From an uncultured Cytophagia bacterium (GTDB taxonomy: Bacteria > Zhuqueibacterota > Zhuqueibacteria > Residuimicrobiales > Residuimicrobiaceae): a stretch of 64,000 nt of DNA. The stretch lies in assembly GCA_964436305.1 (NCBI GenBank), contig CAYTCI010000005.1:14629-78628 (forward strand), in the 5' to 3' direction. The notes below the pieces were generated by a model that did no database searches, was not told the DNA's origin, and saw only the letters and a program-made list of their open reading frames with translations. The position numbers and the translations under genes were made by a program. Positions 43,921-53,687 of the stretch are shown here, in pieces. Each line of letters begins with the position of its first letter. Within the stretch, counting starts at the first letter, position 1.

Positions 43921-44179
43921 GATCGGCCTGCCCGGACAGAAGATCCGGATCCTTTACGACGGATCGTGGGCTGTCGGCCGCAGCAAAAACGCCGTCGAAT
44001 CCGCTTTCTCGGTCCGGCTGGTCAGGAACCGAAATGGGCATTTTCCGGCTTGAACGTTTATCCTTGACCACTCCCTGTTACCGGGACTGATACCAGGCGC
44101 ATACCTTGACCGAAATACCTGAAACAGACCAGGCAAACGATGCACCGGCAGCTGCCGTTGCGTATGAGGAGATTACCTG

Positions 44180-46099
44180 ATGAAACCAGGGCTTTGGATG
44201 GTTATTTTACTCCTTGCTTTTTCCGTGGGATTTGCCCAGATGGACTCGCTGGTTGTCCAGGAACAGCAGTTGGGTCTCTGCACATTAAATGGTACAATTG
44301 TGACTGCATCGGGCAGCATCAGCGGCTGGACCGGTCCGGGATTCATCGATGTGGAGAACGGTGTCGGCAAGGCGGTGAGCTGGGAAGTTTTCATCCAGAG
44401 TGAGGGGGAGTACCTTTTCACCTGGCGGTATGCCTTCGGCGGGCTCGCGGCCAATATGCGGGATGCCAAACTGATCATCGACGGTAATACAGCTGCCGAT
44501 ACGGTTTTCTTCCCCTACACGACTTCCTGGTCCAACTGGGCCGAGGTTGCACCAGTGCAGGTGCATCTGGCAGCGGGCGATCACAAAATCAGGCTGGAGG
44601 CGGTGCGGAGCGGGGGGCTGGCCAATCTCGACTACCTCAAGGTCTACGGGCACGGCGTAACGGCCTGGGAGTGCACTCCACAATACGCACTAACCGTTGC
44701 GGCCAATGATACTTCGCGGGGTTCGATCTCATACTCCCCGGAGCAATCCCTCTATGACAAGGGCACCCTGATCACCCTCCACGCTGTGGCGAGACCGGGT
44801 TACTTTTTTCAGAGCTGGACCGGGGAGGAGCCAAGCGCCGATAGTGTATGCACCTTTGCGATCAAAAGCGACGTCGCAGCGGTCGCGCGTTTTCTGCCGG
44901 AGACGGTCAGAACACGGATCGACACAACCATCATTGGCTATGCCACAGTGCAGGATGATAAAGGCACCCCCTTTCTGGTTACCGGTGGTTCCGAGGGCGA
45001 GGCTGTCCAGGCGACAACCCTCGAAGAGCTGCAATTCTACCTCGGATCAGAACTTCCTTATGTGGTCGAGTTCATGGGTGAGATTGCTGACAGCACCCAA
45101 CTGATCATCAAGTCGAACAAAACGCTCATCGGTGCCGGTCCTTTGGCCCATCTGCGGGGGGTGGAACTGGCCATAAAAGAGGCGCGAAATGTGGTCATCC
45201 GGAATATAACGATCTCCGGGGTGCGCGATGCCGGAGCGACCAATGATGCGATGAGCATCAACGGGGCCTCGCAGAACATCGTCATCGACCGCTGCGAATT
45301 TTTCTCCGATCGAGATCATGACAAGGATTACTATGACGGACTGCTGGATATTAAAAATCAGTCCAGGTTTATTACCGTTTCGAACTGTTACTTTCACGAC
45401 CACTGGAAGGCCATCTTGATCAGTTCCGGCGATACCCAGTATGCCGATTCCCTGATCCGCATCACCCTGCATCATAACTGGTTTTGTAACATCGGATCCC
45501 GCCTACCCCTCATTCGTTTTGGCAAGGCGCATATTTTCAACAACTATTACCAGAACTGCGATGACGCTATCAACACCCGGATGGGGGCCTGCGTACGGGT
45601 CGAATGCAACTGTTTCGATACTGTTAAAAAAGCGATCTTTTCGGACTATTCCGCCGCAGAAGGCTGTGTCCAGCTGATCGGCAACCAATTCGGCAGTGCC
45701 AGTTATATCACCGCACCTCCCTGCGAGCTGGTGCCGCCCTATCCCTATGCCCACGGGATGCAGGCGGCGGAGCTTTTGCCTGCACTCATCCCGGCCCGTG
45801 CAGGCACCCACGCTCGGGAGCTCCCGGCGGATTTGTCAAATGATTTCACTGCCGGGCAGGTTTTTCCCAATCCCTTCAATTCGGCGACAGTGCTGCGCTA
45901 CTCCTTGCCGGCGAGCGTGATGGTGCGCGCCGAGGTCTATGATCTCCTCGGCCGTAAAGTGGCGACGCTGGTGAATGAAAGGCAGAGAGGCGAACAGCGG
46001 GTTGTTTTTACGGCGGGGGATCTCCCGAGTGGAATCTATATCCTGTCGCTCCGTGCAGGAAATTCTATTGTGACGCGCAAAGCCCTGCTCCTGCGCTAG
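44180..46099 (+). CDS. T9SS-secreted PL1 pectate lyase with N-terminal CBM35/6-like module and InlB B-repeat-like domain
   Basis: The PL1 core reads NDAMSINGASQNIVIDRCEF..YYDGLLDIKNQSRFITVSNCYFHDHWKAILIS...ITLHHNWFCNIGSRLPLIRFGKAHIFNNYY. The N-terminal CBM pattern is ...GEYLFTWRYA...AGDHKIRLEAV..LANLDYLKV. YALTV...GYFFQSWTG is the B-repeat. The CTD is FPNPFNSATVLRYSLP. Confidence 0.85.
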   Translation: MKPGLWMVILLLAFSVGFAQMDSLVVQEQQLGLCTLNGTIVTASGSISGWTGPGFIDVENGVGKAVSWEVFIQSEGEYLFTWRYAFGGLAANMRDAKLIIDGNTAADTVFFPYTTSWSNWAEVAPVQVHLAAGDHKIRLEAVRSGGLANLDYLKVYGHGVTAWECTPQYALTVAANDTSRGSISYSPEQSLYDKGTLITLHAVARPGYFFQSWTGEEPSADSVCTFAIKSDVAAVARFLPETVRTRIDTTIIGYATVQDDKGTPFLVTGGSEGEAVQATTLEELQFYLGSELPYVVEFMGEIADSTQLIIKSNKTLIGAGPLAHLRGVELAIKEARNVVIRNITISGVRDAGATNDAMSINGASQNIVIDRCEFFSDRDHDKDYYDGLLDIKNQSRFITVSNCYFHDHWKAILISSGDTQYADSLIRITLHHNWFCNIGSRLPLIRFGKAHIFNNYYQNCDDAINTRMGACVRVECNCFDTVKKAIFSDYSAAEGCVQLIGNQFGSASYITAPPCELVPPYPYAHGMQAAELLPALIPARAGTHARELPADLSNDFTAGQVFPNPFNSATVLRYSLPASVMVRAEVYDLLGRKVATLVNERQRGEQRVVFTAGDLPSGIYILSLRAGNSIVTRKALLLR

Positions 46100-46320
46100 A
46101 TCCTGGCCATTCTTCCAGAGATCCCCGATCGTGGCGCGTAACCGTGGACCAAATCGTCGGCAAGGTCAAAGAGGCGCTCATGCAGGCAACGCATGAAGCA
46201 CAGTCTGAGGATTTCCAGCGTGAACAAAGATCCAGGGTGTGAAAAAGGAGTGTGACCGTCAAGAGCGGTATCGTTGAAGCCAGAAACTTCTCTGCGCGAG
46301 AATTGGGGTGGGCGCGAGAT

Positions 46321-48963
46321 TCAGGCGCGATAGAGCCGCAGCGAGAAGATCGCGCGGGGGGGCATGGTCACGGCGACCCGACCCTCCGCAACCGGCAGAT
46401 CAGCGAGCTTCTCCTCCAGCACCGTCACCTGCTCGGCGCGCTGCACGCCCGGCACCCTTACTGCTGTCGCCACCTCCTGCTCCGCATAATTCGCTAGCCG
46501 CAGCACAAGCCCCTCCCCATCCGCGGCCCGGCGCGCATGGAGCAGTTGCACCCGCGCGTCGGAGAGCTCGAGCCAGCGTCCCTCCCGCGCCGCCGGCAGC
46601 ACCAGGGCCGGATGCACCTCCACCCCCGCTTTCAATCCTTCGGCTTCTGCTTTTATCGCCCCCGCGTCAAATCCCGCAAAACTCGTCAGGTGCCAGGTCA
46701 GGGCGATGAATCCCGGCTGGGCGGGCCGGAAATTGGTGTCCCAGTAGTTGTTGAGCGGCCAGGCCAGCAGAAGGGGATTCTCCGGCCGTGGAATTGCCCG
46801 GCTCCGTTTGCCGAAATTGAAGCCTCCCGCCTGGATCATCGGGGCGTCCGGGCAGCAGAGCGCCACGCCGTATTCCTTTTCATGCAGGGCCACGAACGAC
46901 TCGACCGTAAACCAGTCTCGGCTCGCCCCCGGCAGCTGCTCCGCATCGAGCTCTACCACCGTCCCGGTGGTGTCGAAATGGCCGCGCCACGCCGGTGCCA
47001 GGCGCAGGGGAAAGGCGAAATAGAGCGACTCCGGGGTGCGCACCTCCTGCTTGTGAAAAGCGGCGGTCAGGGTGATGAGCGGCCTGAGGCTGTTGAGCAG
47101 AATCCGCTGGGAAAAATGTTCCACTCCTGGCGCCGCAAAGCGCAGCAGCAGGCTGATCCCCTCGGCGGTACGCTCGACCTCGAAGCCGAGAAATTTTTCC
47201 GCGGTCTCGAGGCGCCGGCGCCAATCCGGATTCCAGCAGGAGAGGTCATACATCTCCTTTTCCAGTTCGCGGGCGTAATAGGCGCGCCGATCCTCGCGGA
47301 AGAGGGGATCGGTGCGTTCGCGGACGACCTGGAAAAAGGTATAGGGACTGGAGGCGTCGAGCAGCTCGCGCCGGTTGGCCTTGTCGAAAAGCCGGGTGAT
47401 CCGGCCGCTGGCAGGATCGAACTCGAGGCGGTAGAACGCCGATTCGATAAAGCGCATCACCTCGCGCTCGGCGGTTTTCTCGAGGGTATTGAGCCGGCGT
47501 GCCGCGCTTTCATGGACGATCTCCCCCTCCTGCAGGGTTGCCGCAGGCTGCGCTGCGGCGAGCTGATCCAGGGCGATAAAGGCATAACCCCAGGGCGGCA
47601 GCGCCACCGGGCCGTAGAGAGGTGCGGCGGCGGGCTGGTTGGTGCGGGCCTCCCAGCCGAACCGGGCCGTGCGCAGCCGTTTGCCGGCGGCCATCCACGA
47701 CTCGGGGATGCGGACGAAGTGCTGCACCGGCCGCCCGCTGAAGTTGAGGAGGGCGATCCCCTCCTGCCGGTCGGCATCGGCCGGATTTCCCGTGAAAGCC
47801 TCGATACGGTCGACGAGGAGATACTCGGCGATCTCGTGACCCTGCCAGGCAGGGTGGTCCTTGATGGCGGCCTGGGCCTTGGAGAAATCGTTGTCCGGGT
47901 CCATCGAGTTGAAGGAGCCCCAGGTGTGTTCGTCGAAGAGGTTGAGCTGGCGCCAGGCTGCGGCGGCGAGGCCGGGATAGTGCCGGGCGGCCGCCGGGGC
48001 GAAACTCTCGAGCCAATCGGCCTTGAAGAGCTTTTGCTTCGCCCGGCGTGCAATGCGAGTGACATCGGCAGTGCTGGCGCAGCCGAAATTCCAGTAGTCG
48101 GTCCAGTCGCCGCGCAAGAGGTCGTACTCGGCGCGCGGCCGGCGCTGAATCCGCGCCAGCAGATCGTTGGGGGTGATGAAGCGAATCGGGGGCTGCAGGC
48201 CGCGGGCGTTCCACTCCCGGATCAGTTTGGCGACCTCGAGGTAGGGGGGCGAGTTGTCCCAGCAGACCGGGGTAGCCGCGGTGGTCAGGTAGATGAAATC
48301 GTGGTCGTACTCCATGGCGGCGAGGTGGTCGAGATAGCGCGCCAGTCCCTCCTGCATCCGTTCAATCGAGTTCTCCCAGGTAGAGAGGAGCTGGTCGAAC
48401 ATGGTATAGTGGGCGCCGTTCATCACCAGGATCTCGCGGCCGGAGGGCCCCTGCCAGCGGAAGGCCGAGGGGCGTTTGCCGACCGGCCCGCCGAGGTGGA
48501 TATTGACCGCCATGATCAGCAGTTCGATGCCGGCATCGGCGAGGAGATCGACGGCGCTCCAGGGGATGCCGTCGACGTCGTGCTGGTTGGCGGTACGGAT
48601 ATCCGCGCCAAGGAGGCGTCGCAGTTTGATGACCGGTTCGAGCTGTTTGATCAGCTGCTCGGCCGAGCACAGGGGCGTGGTGTTGAACTCGAGGCCGGAG
48701 AGTCCGACCCGGCCCCGGGCGATAAAGCTCTTGAGGCGTTCGACCGCCGCGTTGTCGGCGGTTTCGAGCCAGTTCTCCGCCTGGGCGGTCACCTCGATGG
48801 TCCATTTGGGAGCGGAGCGCTCGTCCCAGCCGGAGGTGGCCTCGAGGAGGTCGAGGGCCTGGTCGATGAACTCGCGGTGCAGTTCCCAGACGATCGGCTG
48901 GCTGTGGGTATAGCCGACATCGAGATGGCTGTGGTGGAGGACGAGAATTTCGTTGATCTTCAT
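46321..48963 (-). CDS. GH38 alpha-mannosidase, cytoplasmic
   Basis: N-terminal metal-site motif LVLHHSHLDVGYTHSQ. 880 aa, consistent with GH38 multi-domain size. No signal peptide. Confidence 0.9.
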   Translation of the reverse strand: MKINEILVLHHSHLDVGYTHSQPIVWELHREFIDQALDLLEATSGWDERSAPKWTIEVTAQAENWLETADNAAVERLKSFIARGRVGLSGLEFNTTPLCSAEQLIKQLEPVIKLRRLLGADIRTANQHDVDGIPWSAVDLLADAGIELLIMAVNIHLGGPVGKRPSAFRWQGPSGREILVMNGAHYTMFDQLLSTWENSIERMQEGLARYLDHLAAMEYDHDFIYLTTAATPVCWDNSPPYLEVAKLIREWNARGLQPPIRFITPNDLLARIQRRPRAEYDLLRGDWTDYWNFGCASTADVTRIARRAKQKLFKADWLESFAPAAARHYPGLAAAAWRQLNLFDEHTWGSFNSMDPDNDFSKAQAAIKDHPAWQGHEIAEYLLVDRIEAFTGNPADADRQEGIALLNFSGRPVQHFVRIPESWMAAGKRLRTARFGWEARTNQPAAAPLYGPVALPPWGYAFIALDQLAAAQPAATLQEGEIVHESAARRLNTLEKTAEREVMRFIESAFYRLEFDPASGRITRLFDKANRRELLDASSPYTFFQVVRERTDPLFREDRRAYYARELEKEMYDLSCWNPDWRRRLETAEKFLGFEVERTAEGISLLLRFAAPGVEHFSQRILLNSLRPLITLTAAFHKQEVRTPESLYFAFPLRLAPAWRGHFDTTGTVVELDAEQLPGASRDWFTVESFVALHEKEYGVALCCPDAPMIQAGGFNFGKRSRAIPRPENPLLLAWPLNNYWDTNFRPAQPGFIALTWHLTSFAGFDAGAIKAEAEGLKAGVEVHPALVLPAAREGRWLELSDARVQLLHARRAADGEGLVLRLANYAEQEVATAVRVPGVQRAEQVTVLEEKLADLPVAEGRVAVTMPPRAIFSLRLYRA

Positions 48964-48985
48964 AGGTGATAGTACTTGCCGCCGG

Positions 48986-50083
48986 TTATTTCGCGGTCAG
49001 GATGGCCACCAGCCTGCTGTCCGGTTCGCCCTTTTTATCCAGGATCGGGAAATCGCCCTTGTAACACCAGTGGCAATAGGAGATGTCATTGGCCCGAAAG
49101 AGGTCGGTGAGATCCTGATAGTAGCGCAGCCGGATTTCGTTGTCGATCGTGGGATAGACGCCGAATTCTCCGCAGTAGAGCGGCAGCTTTTTCTCCCGGG
49201 CATACCGGATGGCCGGCATCATCTCCCGCTCCAGGCGTGCCTTGTCAAAATAGCCGTTGGCATAATTACGCATGGTCGCAGCGGCTTTGGGGGAAAGGTC
49301 ACGGTAAACGAGGGTATCCACAACCTGTCCAGGATAGTTGACCGGCCCGGCATATTCGGAAAAATCGGTCCACCAGGCCTGGTGATGGGTCAGGGCGAAG
49401 GGGGTGTAAAAGTGATAGCTGAGGATGATATGACCATCATTTTCCGGCACGCGCAAATCGGGAAAGGTGTAGGCGGCTTGCCAGCGGTTGGAGCCGATCA
49501 CGATCGTCCGTTCCGGCTCCTCCGCACGGATCTGCCCGATCAGCATGGCGACAAGCGAGTTCCAGTCCGCGGGATTATCCGCCACCGCTTCATTGAGCAG
49601 CTCATAGGCCACCATCGACACCGGGTAGCGGCGCAACTCCGTGGAAAGCTGGCGCCACATATCGGCCAGCTTTTCCTGTTCCCGCGGTTCGGTCCAGAGG
49701 GTGTTGGACTTGGCATTGAAGTAGTGCGAGCGGATGATGTGCAGATCGACGATCACCCGCAGCTTGTTGGCCAGGGCTGCGCTGACGGCCATATGGAGCA
49801 GCTTGAAGGCCTCCTCTTCCCGGTGGCCGGTCGAGTCCCAGAGCTGGACCTCATCGACGGGGATGCGGACATGGTCGAATCCGATGGCCGCGATTTTGGC
49901 GAAATCGGCCTCGGTGATATAGGCGAGCCGTTCCTCTCCCCGCTTTTCGCTCTGCGAGAGCCAATGGCTGACGTTGACGCCGCTCCGGATGGCAAATTTT
50001 TCTGCAGGTTTCCGGGAGGCAAAGGCGATGCAATAAAGTGAGAGCAGGATGAGCAGGATCAATCCAGCGGTTTTTCTCGTCAT
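48986..50083 (-). CDS. GH5 family glycoside hydrolase (cellulase/mannanase type), secreted
   Basis: GVNVSHWLSQ, GFDHVRIPVD, acid/base YELLNEAV and nucleophile LYCGEFGVY. Start moved to the ATG at 50083 (MTRKTAGLILLILLSLYCIAFA signal) with AGGAGA SD. Confidence 0.85.
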   Translation of the reverse strand: MTRKTAGLILLILLSLYCIAFASRKPAEKFAIRSGVNVSHWLSQSEKRGEERLAYITEADFAKIAAIGFDHVRIPVDEVQLWDSTGHREEEAFKLLHMAVSAALANKLRVIVDLHIIRSHYFNAKSNTLWTEPREQEKLADMWRQLSTELRRYPVSMVAYELLNEAVADNPADWNSLVAMLIGQIRAEEPERTIVIGSNRWQAAYTFPDLRVPENDGHIILSYHFYTPFALTHHQAWWTDFSEYAGPVNYPGQVVDTLVYRDLSPKAAATMRNYANGYFDKARLEREMMPAIRYAREKKLPLYCGEFGVYPTIDNEIRLRYYQDLTDLFRANDISYCHWCYKGDFPILDKKGEPDSRLVAILTAK

Positions 50084-50230
50084 TTTTCGGTCTCCTGTTT
50101 TGTGGGAAGGATGGCCAATCAGGGCCGCCGGCAGCCTGGGCGTGCGCGACAGGGTGTTTTGCCTGAAACCCTTTGTCGATACCATTAAGGTCACAGGGAG
50201 GTGCTGCCTGGTCAAGTCGGGCATGGTATC

Positions 50231-50259
50231 AACATAGAAGAACTAAACCAAAAAAGCAA
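50231..50259 (-). promoter_or_regulatory. Candidate promoter TTGCTT-17-TATGTT for the GH5/GH38 operon
   Basis: On the minus strand, TTGCTT (50259-50254), 17-nt spacer, TATGTT (50236-50231), in an AT-richer divergent intergenic region. Confidence 0.3.
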
Positions 50260-50266
50260 CATTTTC

Positions 50267-50295
50267 TTGTTCCAGGCTGCTAATTTTAATATATT
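50267..50295 (+). promoter_or_regulatory. Candidate promoter TTGTTC-17-TATATT for the TolB-like gene
   Basis: TTGTTC at 50267-50272, 17-nt spacer, TATATT at 50290-50295. It is back-to-back with the minus-strand candidate. Confidence 0.3.
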
Positions 50296-50413
50296 CCAGA
50301 TAAGAAAAATCAGCCTGCCGCACCCAAGCCTTGCTCGATGCAGCCGGCAACAGAATTATTGAAGGTGGAAATGATAAGATAGGCATCTGCCCTGTCTGGG
50401 AAGGAACACCAGA

Positions 50414-51931
50414 ATGATCATACCCTTTCGTACCCTGGCCAGCGCACTGGTATTGGCCGGCATGACGCCCCTCCTGCTCCGTGCCCAGATACCGCATTCC
50501 AGGATTGGGCCATTTGACGGCTTTTCTGATGTCGGTTCACCCGGCATCCCGGGCTCCGTCTGCTATCAGGAACCAGGGCAGCAAGTCCGCCTCGCCGGTT
50601 CCGGCGCCAACATCTGGTTCGCCAGGGACAGCTTTTCCTTCCTCTGGAAGCAGATGAAGGGCGATTTCATCGTGCAGACGAGGCTCTCCTGGATCGGCAC
50701 GGGTCATGAACCTCACCGCAAGTCGGGCATCATGATCCGGGACTCGCAGGATGCCAGCGCTGCCATGGTCGCCTGCACCGTGCATGGAGACGGCCTGACC
50801 AGCCTGCAGTACCGTCTAGCCAGGGGCGAAGAGGTTAAAGAGATCCGGTTTTCCGTAAATGCTGCCGATGTGCTCCAGCTAGAAAAGAAGGGCAATCTGT
50901 TGACGATGTCGGCCGCGCGGTTCGGCGACAAGTATGAAGTGCAGCGACTCGAGACGGTGAACCTCCGTGATACCCTGCAGGCCGGCCTTTTCGTCTGCTC
51001 CCACAACGACACGATTTCCGAAGAGGTCGAATTCAGCAATATCCGGATCTTCAATACCGCCCCGGATACCCTGGTGCAGTACAGGGACTATCTGGGCAGT
51101 CTGCTCGAGACCCTGGAGGTCGAGAACGGGAACAGGCAGGTGCTGGCGGGAACAGACAACTCCTGGCAGGCCCCGAACTGGACGCCGGACGGCAGTGCCC
51201 TGATCTACAACTCGGCGGGGCTCCTCTACCATTTCGACATCCGTACCCGGATCTCGACGCTCCTGAACACCGGTTTCGCTAACCGCAACAACAACGACCA
51301 TCTCCTGAGTTTCGACGGCCGGTTCATCGGCATCAGCCATCATGCGGCAGAGAGCGGGGGAGGATCCGTGGTTTACACGCTGCCCGCGACCGGGGGCACG
51401 CCCGCAAGGGTTACGGCGAAAAGCCCGTCGTACCTGCACGGGTGGTCGCCCGACAGCAGGTTTCTGCTCTATACCGGTGAACGGGACGGCGAATTCGACA
51501 TTTATCAAATTCCGGCAGAGGGCGGCCGTGAAATACGGCTGACGACATCCCGAGGCCTCGATGACGGATCAGAATACTCACCCGATGGCAGGTCCATCTT
51601 TTTCTGCTCGAGCCGCACCGGCAAGATGCAGATCTGGCGGATGGATCCGGACGGTAAAAATCAGCGACAACTGACCTTTGATGATCTGAATAACTGGTTT
51701 CCGCACATCTCGCCCGACAACCAGTGGATCGTCTTTCTCTCCTTCCCGCAGGAGGTCCCGGCGGACCAGCACCCCTTTTATCAGAGGGTCTATTTGCGAT
51801 TGATGCCCGTGACAGGCGGGGAACCCCGGGTGATCGCCTATCTCTATGGCGGCCAGGGCTCCATCAACGTTCCGAGCTGGTCTCCGGACAGCCGCAGGAT
51901 CAGCTTCGTCAGCAACGGCCAATTCAACTGA
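50414..51931 (+). CDS. Secreted TolB-like beta-propeller protein with N-terminal concanavalin/DUF1349-like domain
   Basis: Signal ALVLAGMTPLLLRAQ. PD40-type repeats (YSPDGRSIFFCSSRTGKMQIWRMDPDG, ISPDNQWIVFLSF, WSPDSRRISFVS). The N-terminal ~200 aa (GANIWFARDSFSFLWKQMKGDFIV) is jelly-roll-like. Confidence 0.75.
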   Translation: MIIPFRTLASALVLAGMTPLLLRAQIPHSRIGPFDGFSDVGSPGIPGSVCYQEPGQQVRLAGSGANIWFARDSFSFLWKQMKGDFIVQTRLSWIGTGHEPHRKSGIMIRDSQDASAAMVACTVHGDGLTSLQYRLARGEEVKEIRFSVNAADVLQLEKKGNLLTMSAARFGDKYEVQRLETVNLRDTLQAGLFVCSHNDTISEEVEFSNIRIFNTAPDTLVQYRDYLGSLLETLEVENGNRQVLAGTDNSWQAPNWTPDGSALIYNSAGLLYHFDIRTRISTLLNTGFANRNNNDHLLSFDGRFIGISHHAAESGGGSVVYTLPATGGTPARVTAKSPSYLHGWSPDSRFLLYTGERDGEFDIYQIPAEGGREIRLTTSRGLDDGSEYSPDGRSIFFCSSRTGKMQIWRMDPDGKNQRQLTFDDLNNWFPHISPDNQWIVFLSFPQEVPADQHPFYQRVYLRLMPVTGGEPRVIAYLYGGQGSINVPSWSPDSRRISFVSNGQFN

Positions 51932-51939
51932 GGAAAAAC

Positions 51940-52815
51940 ATGCTCGCGCTCAAGGCATCAGTGACAGAGCTCATCCAGCAGCGGCGTTCCTGCCGCACCT
52001 ATCAAAAAAAGCCGATCGCTTCGGAGACCGCCGAACAGCTGGCCGCCTTCGCCGCATCGGTTACAGCCGGCCCCTTCGGCACGCCGTTGCGCTTCGAGCT
52101 CGCGGTGGCGTCAGCGGACGATCCGGGCGCGCTCAGGGGATTGGGCACCTATGGCTTCATCAGGGATCCGGCCGGATTTCTCATCGGTGCGGTTGGCCCA
52201 GGGGAGAAGAATCTGGAGGATTTTGGCTGGGGCATGGAGGCCGTCATTCTGTGTGCGGCCGGACTGGGTTTGGGGAGCTGCTGGCTCGGCGGCAGTTTTT
52301 CCAAAAGCCGCTTCGCCGGCAGAATACAGGCAAGGGCGGCAGAGATCGTACCGGCAGTCGCCTCAGTGGGTTATCCCGCGCAGGAGACCCCCCTGCGCCT
52401 GCTGATGCGCAGCCAGATCAAGGCGGATTCGCGCAAGCCCTGGGAGGCGCTGTTCTTTCGTGACGATTTCAGCACTCCGCTTCCCGAGGCAGAAGCGGGT
52501 GCCTGCAGAATGCCCCTGGCGATGCTTCGACTCGCGCCTTCAGCCAGCAACGGCCAGCCCTGGCGGATCGTGCAGGCGGGAGGCTTTTATCATTTCTATT
52601 TGCAGCGCAAGCCCAGTTACAAGCCCGGCCAATCATCCCTCATTCCTTTCACCATCGCCGATCTTGCCCGCGTCGACCTCGGCATCGCCATGTGCCATTT
52701 CCAGCTCACGGCCGAAGAGCTGGGACTCGAGGGGAAATGGCAAGTGAGGGAGAAAAATCTTCTTCCAAGGGTTGAGCGACTGGAGTACATCGCGAGCTGG
52801 AGCGCAGGGTCCTGA
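51940..52815 (+). CDS. Nitroreductase-family protein (long form)
   Basis: I chose the ATG at 51940, 8 nt after the previous stop. The N-terminus is LIQQRRSCRTY, the classic family start. Also LRLAPSASNGQPWR. Confidence 0.75.
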   Translation: MLALKASVTELIQQRRSCRTYQKKPIASETAEQLAAFAASVTAGPFGTPLRFELAVASADDPGALRGLGTYGFIRDPAGFLIGAVGPGEKNLEDFGWGMEAVILCAAGLGLGSCWLGGSFSKSRFAGRIQARAAEIVPAVASVGYPAQETPLRLLMRSQIKADSRKPWEALFFRDDFSTPLPEAEAGACRMPLAMLRLAPSASNGQPWRIVQAGGFYHFYLQRKPSYKPGQSSLIPFTIADLARVDLGIAMCHFQLTAEELGLEGKWQVREKNLLPRVERLEYIASWSAGS

Positions 52816-52837
52816 TTCCACAGAATAATAGCAGCGC

Positions 52838-53341
52838 TCACCAATAATAGGCCGCCCTGGCGCTAAAAGCGGCGGACTGGGCGAAATTGCCGACTATGGG
52901 TTTGGCCAGCTTGATAAAGTCGCTGGTGGCCATCTGAATGATCTCGTCATGGGTGCCGCTGTTGAAACAGACATTCTTGCCCTGCAGCACCCGGCGAGAA
53001 CAATAAACCTGCAGACCGCGGACCACTCCCAGAGCGGGGATGGCTGTGGTATCACAGCCAGGGAAGAAGCGCTGATATTCGGTCTCCTCCAGCAGCTCCA
53101 CATGGCGATTCTGCAACTGACGGCGCATCTCCTCGATATTGAGATCTTCATCCGAACCCACCGCCACGATGGCCGGTTTGCCGTCGACCCGGACCAGCAA
53201 ACAACGGACGACCTCGTCGACTGCCCCCTCCTGCACCACAGCCTCATCACCGGAAGATTCAGTCGACCAGGAGTCGCCCGTCCAGTAGCGGATACGGCTG
53301 TGATCGAGATACCGTTTGATTTTTTGTGAACTGCTTCTCAT
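52838..53341 (-). CDS. YbaK/EbsC-type aminoacyl-tRNA deacylase domain protein
   Basis: CLLVRVDGKPAIVAV...EETEYQRFFPGCDTTAIPALG...VCFNSGTHDEIIQM follows the YbaK/ProX editing-domain pattern. The ATG at 53341 has GGAGG 4 nt upstream. Confidence 0.75.
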   Translation of the reverse strand: MRSSSQKIKRYLDHSRIRYWTGDSWSTESSGDEAVVQEGAVDEVVRCLLVRVDGKPAIVAVGSDEDLNIEEMRRQLQNRHVELLEETEYQRFFPGCDTTAIPALGVVRGLQVYCSRRVLQGKNVCFNSGTHDEIIQMATSDFIKLAKPIVGNFAQSAAFSARAAYYW

Positions 53342-53687
53342 GAGGCCTCCTTTCGGTTGAAACATCGCCGCGTACTGTGGAGGGACCGCGGCAACGGCAT
53401 GGGTACCTTAAAGATACCATCCCCTGGCCACAAGAACATTGACAGCAATCACATCAGGTGATTGCTGTGCAGGTGATCCCCGGGTGTGACCCATCAGCGA
53501 AAAGGCAGCAGCGGTATCGGCGAGAAATGGTGGCGTTGGCGCGGATTTTGCTTGGTGTACACTCGTAATAACGTTTCGGAATCACGAATTGTTCCCAACG
53601 TCCTGCCCCATGCAGCGCCCACCTGGAATCGCTGAAAGGATAGCAGCAGCGCTGCCTGCCAGGGCCGGAGTGGGTTATCGAATGGTC

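Noticed and set aside
44050-44125. Repeated CCTTGACC boxes and a GAACGTTTAT LacI-like half-site upstream of the pectate lyase gene
   Set aside because: The -10 partners are poor (CTGATA) and the half-site matches only one arm of the operator. This is insufficient for a promoter or operator call.
46144-46239. Short plus-strand ORF (VDQIVGKVKEALMQATHEAQSEDFQREQRSRV*) between the convergent PL1 and GH38 genes
   Set aside because: It looks peptide-like, but has no ATG with SD at a sensible position (only a GTG or an internal ATG), is 31 codons long, and resembles no family I recognise.
46537-48969. 810-aa plus-strand ORF antisense to the GH38 gene
   Set aside because: Same GC-bias artefact. The minus strand carries the GH38 metal-site motif HHSHLDVGY and coherent domains. 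The plus-frame product is Arg/Gly/Pro-rich and featureless.
53563-53580. Second LacI operator (CGTAATAACGTTTCGGAA)
   Set aside because: Only 12 of 18 positions match the perfect palindrome at 6713-6730, and the left arm is poor. It lies downstream of the manA operon rather than at a promoter. I kept it only as a note.
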